Shown here in pieces: positions 42,695 to 54,322 of a DNA stretch of 64,000 bases. Position 1 is the first letter of the stretch. Every line of letters begins with the position of its first letter. The notes under the pieces are model-generated. The model saw nothing but the letters and a program-made list of their open reading frames with translations, was not told the origin of the DNA and searched no databases. Both the position numbers and the translations under genes were made by a program. Source of the stretch: Savitreella phatthalungensis (taxonomy: Eukaryota); assembly GCA_051599415.1 (NCBI GenBank), contig AP039689.1, positions 62,001 to 126,000 on the forward strand, read 5' to 3'.

Positions 42695-43405
42695 TGGTGC
42701 ATTCTAACGTATGATCGTGTGGACGTGTGCGCATCATCACATGTCTATGTTCGAGTTACAAGACCTACAGCGCGTACTGGACTCAGCTACGTGGCTTATC
42801 TACCACGTAAACAACTACAGAGCTAGTACTACTCTGATCGAATCTCAAATGATGTCTAAATTTAGTCGCATATGTACACGTGCACATAGAGCTAAGTGCA
42901 TTTGAATTGTGCATGTTTTATCAGAGCGCTGTCAATAGGTACGTACACATCTGATCGATTGAAGGTCATGCATCCTTAAGATTTGATCAAAACTATAGTG
43001 TATCAGTGGTACCATGCATGTACATGGGTACGCAAACATAGTGATGCGTGGCAGCAGACAATGATCACGCGTCGGGATCACAACCAGGCTAGAAGTACTT
43101 TGTGGGTTGAAGTACAGGTAGACCCATACACAATCAATAGATTTCATGCTCAGACCCTGAGGTACACCTGAGCGGTACTGACTAGATACGATACCGTGCT
43201 GAAATCTGGCTTGCAAAACGAACTGACCGAGTCTGGGGCCAAGCACCAGCCAGCAGAGGGCAATCGCATGCACGAGGTCCTGGCTCGTGACATTCCAGCC
43301 GTTGATATGATACGCTCATGAGCATAAGAGTGAAGCTTGCGTTGCGCAAGCGACTCGCTTAGAAAATACAAATTGCTTACGAAACGGAGATCACCTCACT
43401 TAGAC

Positions 43406-46400
43406 ATGAGTGCCATCGCAGCAAACGCTCCGCTACCCGAGCTCGTCTCTTTCCCTCCGTCCGCAGCAACACAAGATGAAGGCGCGCCAAAAGTCGCCAG
43501 GATTCTTACCAACGTTCACCGAAGGCTGGCATCGATCATTTCTACGAGCCCTGAAGATCACTTGACGCCCGCGCCGCCTCTTGATCAACAGCTTTTATCA
43601 TCGCCTCTTGGGAAGACCGCGAATGATACGCTGCCAAACGGCCAATCTGACACGAGCGGCTCGATTCCGCCAACGCCTGAGCAACGAAGGCGCAAAGAAT
43701 CAATAGTCTCCGATACGACAGATGTCTCCCGCTTTAACTTCAGCAGCTCACGGTCCCGGGGCAGTTTTCTGCTTCAGCGTGCTGAGAAAGCTCCTGCGTC
43801 TGTTGACTCTTCGAAGGTGCCTATGAGCCGCGAGCTTACTCGAGAACGATCCAAGAGCCATTCCAGTACATCCGTGCCAGGCTCACGCGCACTGTCGCGA
43901 GAGCCGAGCACCGGATTGGGAATACCCGCGAGCGCCCGCTCCACCCTCAGTAGGCCATCCATGCACCGAGCAGACTCTTTGTCCACCGTGCTCGAGAGAA
44001 TCAAACGTGGAACACTAAGTCGCGACTTCTGGATGAAGGACTCGAACGTTCAATCATGCTTTCGCTGCGAGGCGGTTTTTACCACTTTCCGACGCAAGCA
44101 TCATTGCCGACTCTGTGGTCAAATATTCTGCTCAAGTTGCACGCTTCTGACGAGCAGCCATCGGCTGAATAACAGGGAACGATTTCGAGCATGCAAGACG
44201 TGCAGCAGGATCATGGACGAGTATGCTGCCATCTCTTCTGATGACAATCAAGTCGGCTGGTCTTCGGAAGCTGAGCTGGTGCCGACCACTCGAGATGACG
44301 ACAGAGTGAAACATCCTGATGTGTCGTTCTCCGTTCCTAGTGATCGGAGGCCGATGACCACGCCGCTCATGGGAATACCGGCGACTCGCACGCCAGGGCG
44401 CCGCAGCTCAAAATCCGCTCAACTCGAGATCCCGTCTGCTGGCGAAGGACAGGGAAGACTTCAGGGAGATACATCACGGACGCCTTCCGCGTTGACGTCA
44501 GATAACTATGCTTCGGACACAACAGGCGCGCATCCGCTGGCCCAGCTAGCGAATCAGCTGACGAGGCGAATGCACGGCAGCTTTAAGCGCCCGGATGCAA
44601 GAGCTGTCCCACGGCCGCATTTTGGCAGACGGTCATCTTCGACGTCCAAGAGTCGCTTTGATGGATCTGATGAGGGAGAAGATGATTGCGACGACGAGGA
44701 GATAATGAGCACGCAGCACCCACGCCTGTTGCGGGCCGGCAGTCTGCGCAGTACAGCATCGACCGCGGAAGACAACAACTTCGAGCTGTTGCGGAAATCA
44801 CGGAAACGCAGCATCCAGAAGCACGTGAAAACCAAATCAAAGTCTCTCATCCGACAACTTGGTCAGCATGGTCTAGAGTCCGCGATCAAAGCACCCCAAT
44901 CTGCAGTCGACTCTCCTCTTCGAAGACGCGCACGTTCTCGCTCTTACTCTGGCTTGGGCGAGTCGCCGACCAGCGACATCTCGCCAGAAGCGCAGACATA
45001 TGCGCGTGCCATGCTCGCGCAACAGCTGTCCGACAGTGGGATTCCAAATCCAGCTATTTGGTCCTCTGCTCTCATGCCTATCCTGCTGAGTGTGCCAGCC
45101 AATGTGCAGCCGAAGGTCAAAGAAGGTGCTTCGGCATATATCAACAATTACGTCAAGATCAAACGGATCCCTGGCGCGAGGCCAGCCCACTGCGAGTTCA
45201 TTTCTGGCGCGGTATTTACACATAAGCTTGCACACAAAAAGATGGCTCGCGAAGTCCACCAGCCGCGAATTTTGCTGGTCTCCTTCCCTATTGAATATCA
45301 AAGAGGCGAAAGTCAGTTGATGTCACTTGAGCCTGTGCTGGCACAAGAAAAGGAGTTCTTACGCAACTTGGTGAATCGTATGCTTGCATTGAGGCCGAAT
45401 GTGGTAATTGCCGAGCAGTCTCTTAGCGGACTCGCGCTTCAGCATTTACTTGACGCCGGCGTCACGGTTGCATATAACGTCAAGCCGTCCGTGATCGCTG
45501 TCATCGCTGGATTGACAGGCGCAGATATCGTCACCTCTGTCGACCGATTAGCATTCCAGCCGCGCGTTGGCAGATGTGATTTGTTTGAGGTCAAGACATA
45601 CGTGGGTGCAATTGATGGACGACCTTGTAAGAAGACCTATGTCTTTCTGAGAGGCTGTCCGGCAGATTTGGGCTGCACGATCGTGCTACGTGGGGCTGAT
45701 ATGGATCAGCTCGAGCGCGTCAAACGAATTGTTGAGTTCATGTCCTATGTCGTCTACAATTTGCGGCTCGAGACGAGCCTGTTGCGCGACCATCTCGTCG
45801 AGGCTTCGGAAGCCACTGCGCCAGCTGACTATACTCACAGCACGAATCTCTTCGACCCGGAAGACTTGCGAATCAGATCCTCGACAGAGGTTCTCGGCGT
45901 CTTTGAAAATAGGTTGCTCACAGCATCGTCGGTCTGTCGACTTTCGCCGCCGTATCTTCTACGTAAGGCAAAAAATCTCGAGTCGCAGCTTGATGGTTAC
46001 AGCGAAGCACCAGCAAACGGAGAGACTCCGACCGCGATGACGCGAAGCATGAGCAAAGCAGATGATCTATCAGACCTCACGGTAGAACAGCAACTCAATG
46101 TGGAGCGTCTCGTCAGGCTTGCTCAGCAGCAACAACTGAAAGATGATCTTGAATACGTTCGCAAAGCATGGGATGCTTTGCTGGACAATAATCCTGGGCT
46201 CCTTGTTCCGGGCGCCAGACAATCTATCAATGTGCTATACTCGACGGTCTGCACCGAAACCGGGACTCCGTGTAATTTGCCCACGAACGAGCTCTTTGAG
46301 TACTACAAGGACACAGGAATCGATTGCCCACTTGGTCAATACGTTGAGGATTCAATACATACCTCTCGGAAGCCTTGCCCAATCGCACTCTGCCAGCGCA

Positions 46401-49375
46401 ACAATATGGAACACCATCGCTCTTATGTCCACGGGGAAGGAAGGGTCAGCGTGGTCATCGAGCCTTTTGTCTGCCCGGTACCGGGTATGCAGCAGACAAT
46501 ATTGATGTGGAGCTATTGCAAGTCGTGCAAGACGACGAGCAGCGTTGTCCCAATGAGTGAAAACACTTGGGCCTACTCTTTCGGGAAATACCTCGAGTTG
46601 TCTTTCTACAGTCGGAGGCTGAGAGTAACCGCGGGCGAGACGTCCTGCGATCACGACTTTTGCTGTCAGCACGTTCGATACTTCGGCTTCCGAGATCATG
46701 CCGTTCGCTTTGATTACGATCCCGTTGAAGTTATGAGTCTCGTCATGCCGCGTCCCAATGTTCTTTGGCGTCCAGAGGGCTTCGTCCGTCTCAAGAACCA
46801 AGAGTTCAAGTCGATACAATTCAAGATTTCAGCCTACTACGATTCGTTGGAGTTTCGATTGTACAACATGAACTCGGAAATGTTGATGATCGATGAGATC
46901 GATGCATATAAGGCTGATCTTGCATTACTCCGCCAGCAAGCCAAAGACGAGCGCACAAGTTTGAATGAGCAGTTGCAGACGACACACGACGAGTCTGACC
47001 CACTGGACTATCTCTGCTTGAACAGGCCGTTACGTGCGATGCAGCAAAAGGTTGTCAAGTGGTCAGAGACGTTTGAAGAGCTCGAGCGACTCTATATGCC
47101 AGCTGACAAAGACATTCGTAAGCTCACAGCAGCCCATCTCAAGAAGTTGTTCCTGCCTGATCTTCTGACAGAAACCTCGCAGTCGGCAAGTGAGGAAATG
47201 GACTCGGATGTCCGGCGCTCCGCAAGCCTTGCTGCCGTTGTGGAAGAGGGAAAGCCGCGAGCCGCCACAACGCAGACGGAAGCTTCTTCCGTAGATAAAT
47301 CAGAGGAAAGGCTGCCAAATGATCCCACTGAGGAAAGCAACGACGAGCCAAAAGGTTTTCATCCTCGACGAGTTTATGAGCCTCTGGCGCTGAAGCCCAA
47401 AGAGGAGCCGCGAGAGGCGCAGGATCAGGCCAGAATGGACGACGATTCACCCGTGCCGCGTTCCTCTTCTATACCCGTTGCAATTCTTCGACAGGACGGC
47501 GCTCGTGCGCGTTCCGGTGATTCCACACCGAACGAAGCTCTTTCGCCACCAAAAGCAGCGTCCCGAAACCATTCGCGTGCGCCATCGGGCGAGAACCGCA
47601 GTGCCATACCGATCCCGAAGATCGTCAATCCATTAGCAGCACTCGAGAGTACGAGTCATCTTCGCAAGAAGTCCACCACGCATAGCCTGACACTCAGCAA
47701 GCAGATGCAGGATCTGAGTGAGGCCGTCGTGGGTTCTGCAGAGCGCAGATGGAATGAGCAGAAAAAGTTCAGCAGCGTGACGAAGGACGGCGCAACGAGA
47801 ACAAAAGCTGGAGAAACTCGTGTATCGACATTGGCGAAGCATTTCGACCAGCTTTCACGCGAGTTCGAAAAAGAGCGTATCCGGGCACGAAAGCTGTTGC
47901 ATACTCGCGGGCGTCGCGCACTTGCTGTTGTTACTTCGAAACCACGAGTTGCAGTTTTCGATAATGTTGACGAAGCAGTCGATCAGACCTCGGATGAAGA
48001 AGATGCTGACCTTGAGCCCCTCGTTGAGCCAACTGGTGAAGACTTTCGCCTGAGTCTGACGAAGCTCGACACCTCTACCTCAAGGCCACAAGATCACAAG
48101 CTAGTCCCTGTGCCTTCAGTGGCAAGCAGCACAGATGAAAAGGAAAAGTCGGAAAAGCCTGTCAAGCAGGAGGCCGATAGCTCGCTGAATTTTGCGGCCG
48201 GCGAGCGAACAACCCTGATGAAGGCTCTTTCCAATTTCTGGGCCGAGAGATCCTCATCGAACTGGACCCCGTTGGAATTCCCTCTGCCACCTACCATGCA
48301 CGTCTTTCTCGAGAGTGACGTGGTGATCAGGGAGGACGAACCGAGCTCGCTGATCGCCTTTACTCTAAGCGCGGAAGAGTATCTAAACGAAATTGCTAAT
48401 CTGCGAGCGCGAGCACATCGCAAGCCCTTCCGGGTTGATGATCCGGCTTACTCACCCGCTCGTCCATTCCGAGAGAAAGACCGACGTATCGAACAGGTTC
48501 TAATGAATCCCACCGGGACGCACATGCGATTCTCATGGGGAGGCAGCGAAGGCAATAGTGTTCGATTGACGAGCAGGATCTTTTTCGCTGAGCAATTTGA
48601 TGCGCTGAGAAGATATTGCGGTTGTGATCAGAGCTATGTCGCCTCTTTGGCCAGATGCTTCAAATGGGACTCCTCCGGCGGCAAGTCGGGTGCGGCATTT
48701 CTGAAGACTCAAGACGAGCGCCTGATCGTCAAGCAGCTCAGCAAGATTGAGACGGAGCAATTCTTGAGGTTCGCGCCCGATTATTTCAGCTATATGGCGG
48801 AGTCTTTCTTCAAGGGCTTGCCGACGTGCTTGTGCAAGATTCTAGGCTTCTACCAGATCACAAGCAAGAATCAGGTGACAGGCAAGTATATGAAGATGGA
48901 CGTACTTGTGATGGAGAATCTCTTCTACAAGCGGAAGACCTCTCGAATCTTTGATCTGAAGGGCTCTATGCGCAATCGCAAAGTACAACAAACGGGTAAG
49001 GAGAACGAAGTGCTGCTTGATGAGAACTTCGTCGAGCTGGTAGCAGAAAATCCGCTCTTTGTGCGCGATCATGCTCGACGATTCTTGCGGTCTGCTCTTC
49101 ATAACGACACGTTGTTTTTGGCGCAAAACAACGTCATGGACTATTCCCTCGTCGTCGGAATAGATGACGAGCGACACGAGCTCATCGTCGGCATCATCGA
49201 TTTCATCCGGACATACACTTGGGACAAGAAGCTCGAATCATGGGTCAAAGAGCGCAGTGGAACCTTGCTTGTCACTGGCGGGACTTCGAAGCAGCCGACA
49301 GTAGTCACGCCGAAGCAATACAAAGTGCGTTTCCGCGAAGCAATGGACAGGTACATATTTGGCATCAAGTCATGA
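43406..49375 (+). CDS. FAB1: Phosphatidylinositol-3-phosphate 5-kinase
   Basis: FYVE (WMKD..RRKHHCRLCGQIFC), CCT-like domain (VKIKRIPG), Cys-rich region (MWSYCK, SFGKYLEL), PIPK (GGKSG, FDLKGS, MDYSL, GIIDFIRTYTWDKKLE). First ATG at 43406; extreme 3' end uncertain. Confidence 0.97.
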   Translation: MSAIAANAPLPELVSFPPSAATQDEGAPKVARILTNVHRRLASIISTSPEDHLTPAPPLDQQLLSSPLGKTANDTLPNGQSDTSGSIPPTPEQRRRKESIVSDTTDVSRFNFSSSRSRGSFLLQRAEKAPASVDSSKVPMSRELTRERSKSHSSTSVPGSRALSREPSTGLGIPASARSTLSRPSMHRADSLSTVLERIKRGTLSRDFWMKDSNVQSCFRCEAVFTTFRRKHHCRLCGQIFCSSCTLLTSSHRLNNRERFRACKTCSRIMDEYAAISSDDNQVGWSSEAELVPTTRDDDRVKHPDVSFSVPSDRRPMTTPLMGIPATRTPGRRSSKSAQLEIPSAGEGQGRLQGDTSRTPSALTSDNYASDTTGAHPLAQLANQLTRRMHGSFKRPDARAVPRPHFGRRSSSTSKSRFDGSDEGEDDCDDEEIMSTQHPRLLRAGSLRSTASTAEDNNFELLRKSRKRSIQKHVKTKSKSLIRQLGQHGLESAIKAPQSAVDSPLRRRARSRSYSGLGESPTSDISPEAQTYARAMLAQQLSDSGIPNPAIWSSALMPILLSVPANVQPKVKEGASAYINNYVKIKRIPGARPAHCEFISGAVFTHKLAHKKMAREVHQPRILLVSFPIEYQRGESQLMSLEPVLAQEKEFLRNLVNRMLALRPNVVIAEQSLSGLALQHLLDAGVTVAYNVKPSVIAVIAGLTGADIVTSVDRLAFQPRVGRCDLFEVKTYVGAIDGRPCKKTYVFLRGCPADLGCTIVLRGADMDQLERVKRIVEFMSYVVYNLRLETSLLRDHLVEASEATAPADYTHSTNLFDPEDLRIRSSTEVLGVFENRLLTASSVCRLSPPYLLRKAKNLESQLDGYSEAPANGETPTAMTRSMSKADDLSDLTVEQQLNVERLVRLAQQQQLKDDLEYVRKAWDALLDNNPGLLVPGARQSINVLYSTVCTETGTPCNLPTNELFEYYKDTGIDCPLGQYVEDSIHTSRKPCPIALCQRNNMEHHRSYVHGEGRVSVVIEPFVCPVPGMQQTILMWSYCKSCKTTSSVVPMSENTWAYSFGKYLELSFYSRRLRVTAGETSCDHDFCCQHVRYFGFRDHAVRFDYDPVEVMSLVMPRPNVLWRPEGFVRLKNQEFKSIQFKISAYYDSLEFRLYNMNSEMLMIDEIDAYKADLALLRQQAKDERTSLNEQLQTTHDESDPLDYLCLNRPLRAMQQKVVKWSETFEELERLYMPADKDIRKLTAAHLKKLFLPDLLTETSQSASEEMDSDVRRSASLAAVVEEGKPRAATTQTEASSVDKSEERLPNDPTEESNDEPKGFHPRRVYEPLALKPKEEPREAQDQARMDDDSPVPRSSSIPVAILRQDGARARSGDSTPNEALSPPKAASRNHSRAPSGENRSAIPIPKIVNPLAALESTSHLRKKSTTHSLTLSKQMQDLSEAVVGSAERRWNEQKKFSSVTKDGATRTKAGETRVSTLAKHFDQLSREFEKERIRARKLLHTRGRRALAVVTSKPRVAVFDNVDEAVDQTSDEEDADLEPLVEPTGEDFRLSLTKLDTSTSRPQDHKLVPVPSVASSTDEKEKSEKPVKQEADSSLNFAAGERTTLMKALSNFWAERSSSNWTPLEFPLPPTMHVFLESDVVIREDEPSSLIAFTLSAEEYLNEIANLRARAHRKPFRVDDPAYSPARPFREKDRRIEQVLMNPTGTHMRFSWGGSEGNSVRLTSRIFFAEQFDALRRYCGCDQSYVASLARCFKWDSSGGKSGAAFLKTQDERLIVKQLSKIETEQFLRFAPDYFSYMAESFFKGLPTCLCKILGFYQITSKNQVTGKYMKMDVLVMENLFYKRKTSRIFDLKGSMRNRKVQQTGKENEVLLDENFVELVAENPLFVRDHARRFLRSALHNDTLFLAQNNVMDYSLVVGIDDERHELIVGIIDFIRTYTWDKKLESWVKERSGTLLVTGGTSKQPTVVTPKQYKVRFREAMDRYIFGIKS

Positions 49376-49767
49376 AGGACTGGATCCCGCAGACGCCGAC
49401 GCCAACACCTCTTACTGAGTGCTGCTACACGGACCTCGCGGCATGATTCTTCATTAGGTATGCACATCAAAGGAGTCCATGCGCCCTGCCAGGTAAGTCT
49501 TGATCGAGGCAACATAAGGGCTAGCTAGTTGCATACTAAAGTTCAAAAAAATGACAAGCTCCGACTATATTTTGGAGCTTCACGAAAACCAATCATGTTT
49601 CACGTGCTCTCCATGAATTCTGTAGCCATACATGCACGTACGTGGCTTTTCTCCGTCGATCGATCACGTCGAAGCACTTCAGAGCAGTCATCAGACGTGG
49701 CCAAGATCCTGCATCTCGTGCTCGACGATACGCTTCGCCTAGGACCAGTTTTAGACACTGGACAAAC

Positions 49768-50544
49768 ATGTCCGTGGACTCTGCTGCACAGTCCTCGGCA
49801 GGCTTGCCTGAGCTGCAGATCCGTCCGATCCACCTCGGCGACCATGATGAGCTTCACGCTGTCCGGGAGTTCTGCTTAAATGTCTTGATGCAGCGTGTAC
49901 GATTGAGTAATACTTACATCTACACTTCTCCTATCTGGCTCTCGGGTTACACGTTAGCAATGGCCTGGTCATACGCGCGCTTTTCACCACACAGCACCGG
50001 CGACTGGGGCCGCTGGCTGTTTCTAGCCGCGGCCATATCTGCGTCATTTCTCATCGGTGTGGACTACTTCACTTACAAGTATTACGAACGGCTGACGAAG
50101 GAAGACCACGAACAAGACCAATTCTTGAGCAATCCGGCTCTGTGTCTCGGCGATACGAAGCAAGACAATCGGTGCGTCGTTGCGTACTTTGCTGGCAGCC
50201 TGGTCGGGACATGCGTTACAAGACGCCCACTGAAACCTCAAGCAGCATCAAGAGAAGCTGAATTATCACACTGGAACATCAAGGCACGATACCGCAGCAA
50301 AGGTCTTGGCAGCGATCTTCTACACACGTCTCTCATGCATCTAAAGTCCTCAGGGGTTGCGAAAGTGAAAGCTCAGACGAGCACGATTCAGAAACGTGCT
50401 CGGCTTTCACTAGCTAAAGATGGATTCAAGCTGATTCAGACCAAGCCGACAGACAACATCTGGTTCCGGCTCGTTGGCGTAACGACGCAAGTCTGGGAAC
50501 TTGATCTCAAGAAATGGGATCCTCCGACAGAAGAAACGTCTTAG
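49768..50544 (+). CDS. Membrane-anchored GNAT-fold protein (NAT8/Pho86-like topology)
   Basis: Two TM helices, then VVAYFAGSLVG and the acetyl-CoA motif YRSKGLGSDLL, ending LAKDGF. ATG at 49768. Confidence 0.75.
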   Translation: MSVDSAAQSSAGLPELQIRPIHLGDHDELHAVREFCLNVLMQRVRLSNTYIYTSPIWLSGYTLAMAWSYARFSPHSTGDWGRWLFLAAAISASFLIGVDYFTYKYYERLTKEDHEQDQFLSNPALCLGDTKQDNRCVVAYFAGSLVGTCVTRRPLKPQAASREAELSHWNIKARYRSKGLGSDLLHTSLMHLKSSGVAKVKAQTSTIQKRARLSLAKDGFKLIQTKPTDNIWFRLVGVTTQVWELDLKKWDPPTEETS

Positions 50545-50952
50545 GACGGGCATATCGGACGAATGGATTTCTGTCAGAACGACAGAGCTACAGGTCGATC
50601 TACTACCATTGACGTATGCATAGAAACTCTTTCTTCAGAAGGATAAACCCTGTACTGTTCATTCATACTACGCATTGCGCGGCACATCATTGTAAGCACA
50701 TGCATGCATGCTATATAGCCAGAAGATTGTCTTCAGCGGAACGCCATTTTAACATAGACTATATAGACATTCCACCAGTACTAATAACAACATAAATGGT
50801 GAATTGTCATGGCAGGCTACGCGGTACGTATCAATATAAACATGCATCACATTATGTGAATATACGGTGATAATTCAAAAGTGCATGATTTGTGAGATCA
50901 TCGATTGTAGAGATATATGTGATCGTAGCCGGGTACGTTGACCTGGATTTAG

Positions 50953-51016
<64 letters not shown>
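50953..51016. repeat. (CAAT)16 microsatellite
   Basis: 16 perfect tetranucleotide units. Confidence 0.98.
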
Positions 51017-51017
<1 letters not shown>

Positions 51018-51373
51018 CATTTCAAGCGGCCGGCTAATTTGCACAAACATGATCGACTTGGGACTCGGTAAATTTGCTCGAATTTGATTCTAAATTTGTG
51101 CGGGGAATAAGACACTTAAGGCTAGCTGGATGGCTGGCTATGAATATATGATCATTCGAATATATCATGCGCGCAAGGCCAATCCAAAACTCACAATGCA
51201 CATGCCCGCCAGGCTGTAAGCCCAATTGACTGGCCGCTCGATTGATCCAGACAGAATCTTGATGCAATGCATGACACCCTTCTGCGTTTTGACGTGTCGG
51301 ACGACTTTAGTCCTATCGACAAGTTTCCAGATCATCTTGATTGTTTGCAGTACACTGAAGCCTTGATCGGTTC

Positions 51374-52663
51374 GTGCTCGTTCAATATAGAATCCAGATA
51401 AGACATTCCTGGAAGAGCCCGCTCGACCCAGATGCTCATCACAGCTTTGCTTCCTTGACAATTACGGCCCACGACACCTGCGGCCCCGGACAAATGCAGG
51501 CGACTTTCGAAGCATATGGTCTGACGAGGCGCGACACGTCTAGGCCGGTGATCCCGGCAGATAGACCACACTATGGAGATCAAGTGATCATCTCGTACAT
51601 CATTGTCCTACAAGGCAGGCATCGGCTGGCTCGGGTACAATTCCTGTACAATCGCTTCAAGCAGCAGTCTGTGTCAGGATCCGGCTGGCGCAAGGGAAGT
51701 GACAAAACCGGATCGACCTGTGTTCTGCAGGAAACGCTACGCAACAAATTTGGCCAGGATGCGGTGGCGATCTTGTCCGAAGATGGGATCGCCTGGCATG
51801 ACGAGACGGACATGATCAATGCCGGCATGCTGCGAAATAGACATCGCTATTTCGTCCTGTACGACGAAGCTGCGCCAACGTACGAAGGACGCAGTAAAGA
51901 CGTCTTGGCCGTGGCAAGCGCACAGGCTTTGCCTTTGCCAGGCTATTATGATTTGCCAGTGGTCGCCGAAGCCTCACAGCCGAGCGTGCTCGAGCAAGCT
52001 GCTCAGGATGTTGAAGACTATACACAACCGCCACAAGCACCGTTCGTGGCCGACCGAATCGGTAGGCATGTGCATCGCATAGGAGGCTACTCGTATTATG
52101 ACAACTTACCGTTGTTCTCAAAGCGGATCGGATTACGTCTGGCTGACGGCAAGGTCTGTTATTGCGTTCTCACAAATAAAGACACACGACACATCGACGC
52201 CCTACTGAACTATCTCTCGTCAGTGGCTGGCACAGAGCGATGGGTTGGGGTTCGCGTCCCGACTAGTACTGGCGAAACTCAAGGGAGTGACGATGAGCTC
52301 GGCATGGCGCGTCCTGCTGTAAATTACGGCCCCGATAGTCTTGCTCATCGAGACACTGCAGACAGCTCCGTCGGCACTGCCACAGAAGACACACCGGGTA
52401 AATTACCCCGCTTCGGTCTTAGGCGCTCCAGCAAAAGTGCTGGGAAACAACGGGGCGATGATCAGCAACCTGCAAGCGACAAAGTGGCGACGTCCACGGC
52501 GAGTTTCAAAGAATACCTTGACGACACACTCTTGTACGACGATGACGTTGTCGATGGTTGCATCTACGACGTCACTTATAGGTTGCCATCCAAGACTGAC
52601 TTCATCGCCAAAGCACGCGATCGAAACCGTGATATCGTCTACACTCGTATCGAAGGGTTCTAG
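51374..52663 (+). CDS. Hypothetical protein (5' end uncertain)
   Basis: 429-codon ORF starting at GTG; probably has an upstream exon or uses an internal ATG; no recognised family. Confidence 0.65.
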   Translation: MLVQYRIQIRHSWKSPLDPDAHHSFASLTITAHDTCGPGQMQATFEAYGLTRRDTSRPVIPADRPHYGDQVIISYIIVLQGRHRLARVQFLYNRFKQQSVSGSGWRKGSDKTGSTCVLQETLRNKFGQDAVAILSEDGIAWHDETDMINAGMLRNRHRYFVLYDEAAPTYEGRSKDVLAVASAQALPLPGYYDLPVVAEASQPSVLEQAAQDVEDYTQPPQAPFVADRIGRHVHRIGGYSYYDNLPLFSKRIGLRLADGKVCYCVLTNKDTRHIDALLNYLSSVAGTERWVGVRVPTSTGETQGSDDELGMARPAVNYGPDSLAHRDTADSSVGTATEDTPGKLPRFGLRRSSKSAGKQRGDDQQPASDKVATSTASFKEYLDDTLLYDDDVVDGCIYDVTYRLPSKTDFIAKARDRNRDIVYTRIEGF

Positions 52664-52671
52664 TCCTCCTG

Positions 52672-53796
52672 CTACAAGGAACTGTTCAGATTACACCTGC
52701 CTCGCACCTCGTGCGTTGTACGATTTCCGTTCAGCTCGAAGGCTATCTGTTCGGCCTGGTCTTTGCGTTGGCGCAATATGGCTACTGCGTTCGTATGCAC
52801 CTGCTCAAGCTCGTCCTCAGTTGTGGCATTCTGTCTCAAGATCGCTTCTATGTCCTTTATGACGTGATCCTGTCCAGGTGGCAAGAAACGTGCCGCAGGC
52901 AGCGAATGCTTCGGCATCACGAGTTGCGCATGATCAACGAGTAGCATTACAGGTAACTTCCGCTTCTTCCGACGCGACTCGTGGCCAGGTTGCATTTCTT
53001 GCTGGATGAAAGCAGGCCCAAAGGACGCTAAGGGTACTCGTGAACGTAGTCGGGCAAAGAGCTCAATGCGTGCGTCAGGCAGTCTAAGCTTCTGCTGCAC
53101 GGTATCAGCAAATTGGATTGAACCGGCAGTCTGACATTGGTACAAAACATCGTCATCGGTCAACCAAGCTGGGATGGCAGGCTGTCGACGCGGCTGTCCT
53201 CCGGGCTGAGAGGTCGATTGTGATGCAGATGGCTCGATCGAGGTTGGAGCACGATCATGTCTTACGTTGACAGAGTCGACATCATAACTGAAAATGCGTG
53301 CAGCCATTTCCTTCATCGTCATACCAATGTTGTGCTTGTCGATTCTTTCGGCCTTCGCTTGCTCCTCACGTGCCAGAGAAGCTAGCACTTCATCAACAGA
53401 GGCTGATCGTCCGAAAGCCAAACGCTCAAAATGCTTTCGTCTGCCAGGCTGTCTCCCACGCGGTAGCCAGGCGACAGTTGTACCATCTGGTGAGATAGCC
53501 GTGCTCTCTTGCTCATTCAATGCTCCTGAGGCATCATATCGGGAGCATATCCATGAAGACTGTTCAGTGGCCATCGAAAGACTGCTGTGTAGAAGGTCAT
53601 GCCCGAGAATACTCATCAATTCTTGTGGGATTTGCAACAAATCTTTTACATCATACAAACCCTGGAACTCTAGCGGCACGAGACAGCTCAGACCCCATCG
53701 CGCAGAATCCAGAGCGAGATCGACATTGCCAAAGGTGACAACCATGGCGGCAAACACGACCTGTGTCGAGTGAACCAGAAATAGTTGTCCACGCAT
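52672..53796 (-). CDS. Hypothetical protein
   Basis: 374-codon ORF convergent with the previous gene; RRKKRK NLS-like motif. Confidence 0.65.
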   Translation of the reverse strand: MRGQLFLVHSTQVVFAAMVVTFGNVDLALDSARWGLSCLVPLEFQGLYDVKDLLQIPQELMSILGHDLLHSSLSMATEQSSWICSRYDASGALNEQESTAISPDGTTVAWLPRGRQPGRRKHFERLAFGRSASVDEVLASLAREEQAKAERIDKHNIGMTMKEMAARIFSYDVDSVNVRHDRAPTSIEPSASQSTSQPGGQPRRQPAIPAWLTDDDVLYQCQTAGSIQFADTVQQKLRLPDARIELFARLRSRVPLASFGPAFIQQEMQPGHESRRKKRKLPVMLLVDHAQLVMPKHSLPAARFLPPGQDHVIKDIEAILRQNATTEDELEQVHTNAVAILRQRKDQAEQIAFELNGNRTTHEVRGRCNLNSSL

Positions 53797-54322
53797 TGCG
53801 CTGCACGGATCGTGTTGTCAGGCTCTGCTCCCCAGTCATTGGCGCTTCTTAATTGTCCTGTACGATGGAGATCGATGATGCTCCATCCGTACACAACTGA
53901 AACTTGTTACGTCTCAAGTCGGCCCATGTGGCAAGTCACATTCTGCAAACCCATCTTCATTTTAAGCTCTAATGCTCAATAGTTGAATCAGCATGATTGA
54001 GACCATCAGATGACTCGACTTGATACGATCGTCCCGATCTCATGCCCAGATATGTTGCTGCCCTCCGAAGCTATATGGTGAATACTCCCAGAGGCTGAGA
54101 TGTATTGGTGACAACTGCAACGATCTCTGTCGGACGAGGCAGCGAAGACGACGAGTTGACCAAAAGACAGGCCAGTGGAACATTATCGACGCGGAATCTT
54201 GCGACAGATTGCAGAGCGGAGCATCAGCGAAGTCCGTGTCAGCAGACGGAACCCTCGGAGAGACGCAGCTGGAGTTGATTACATCAGTGCTCAACCTTGC
54301 GCCGAAACGCAAAGTCTGGCTC

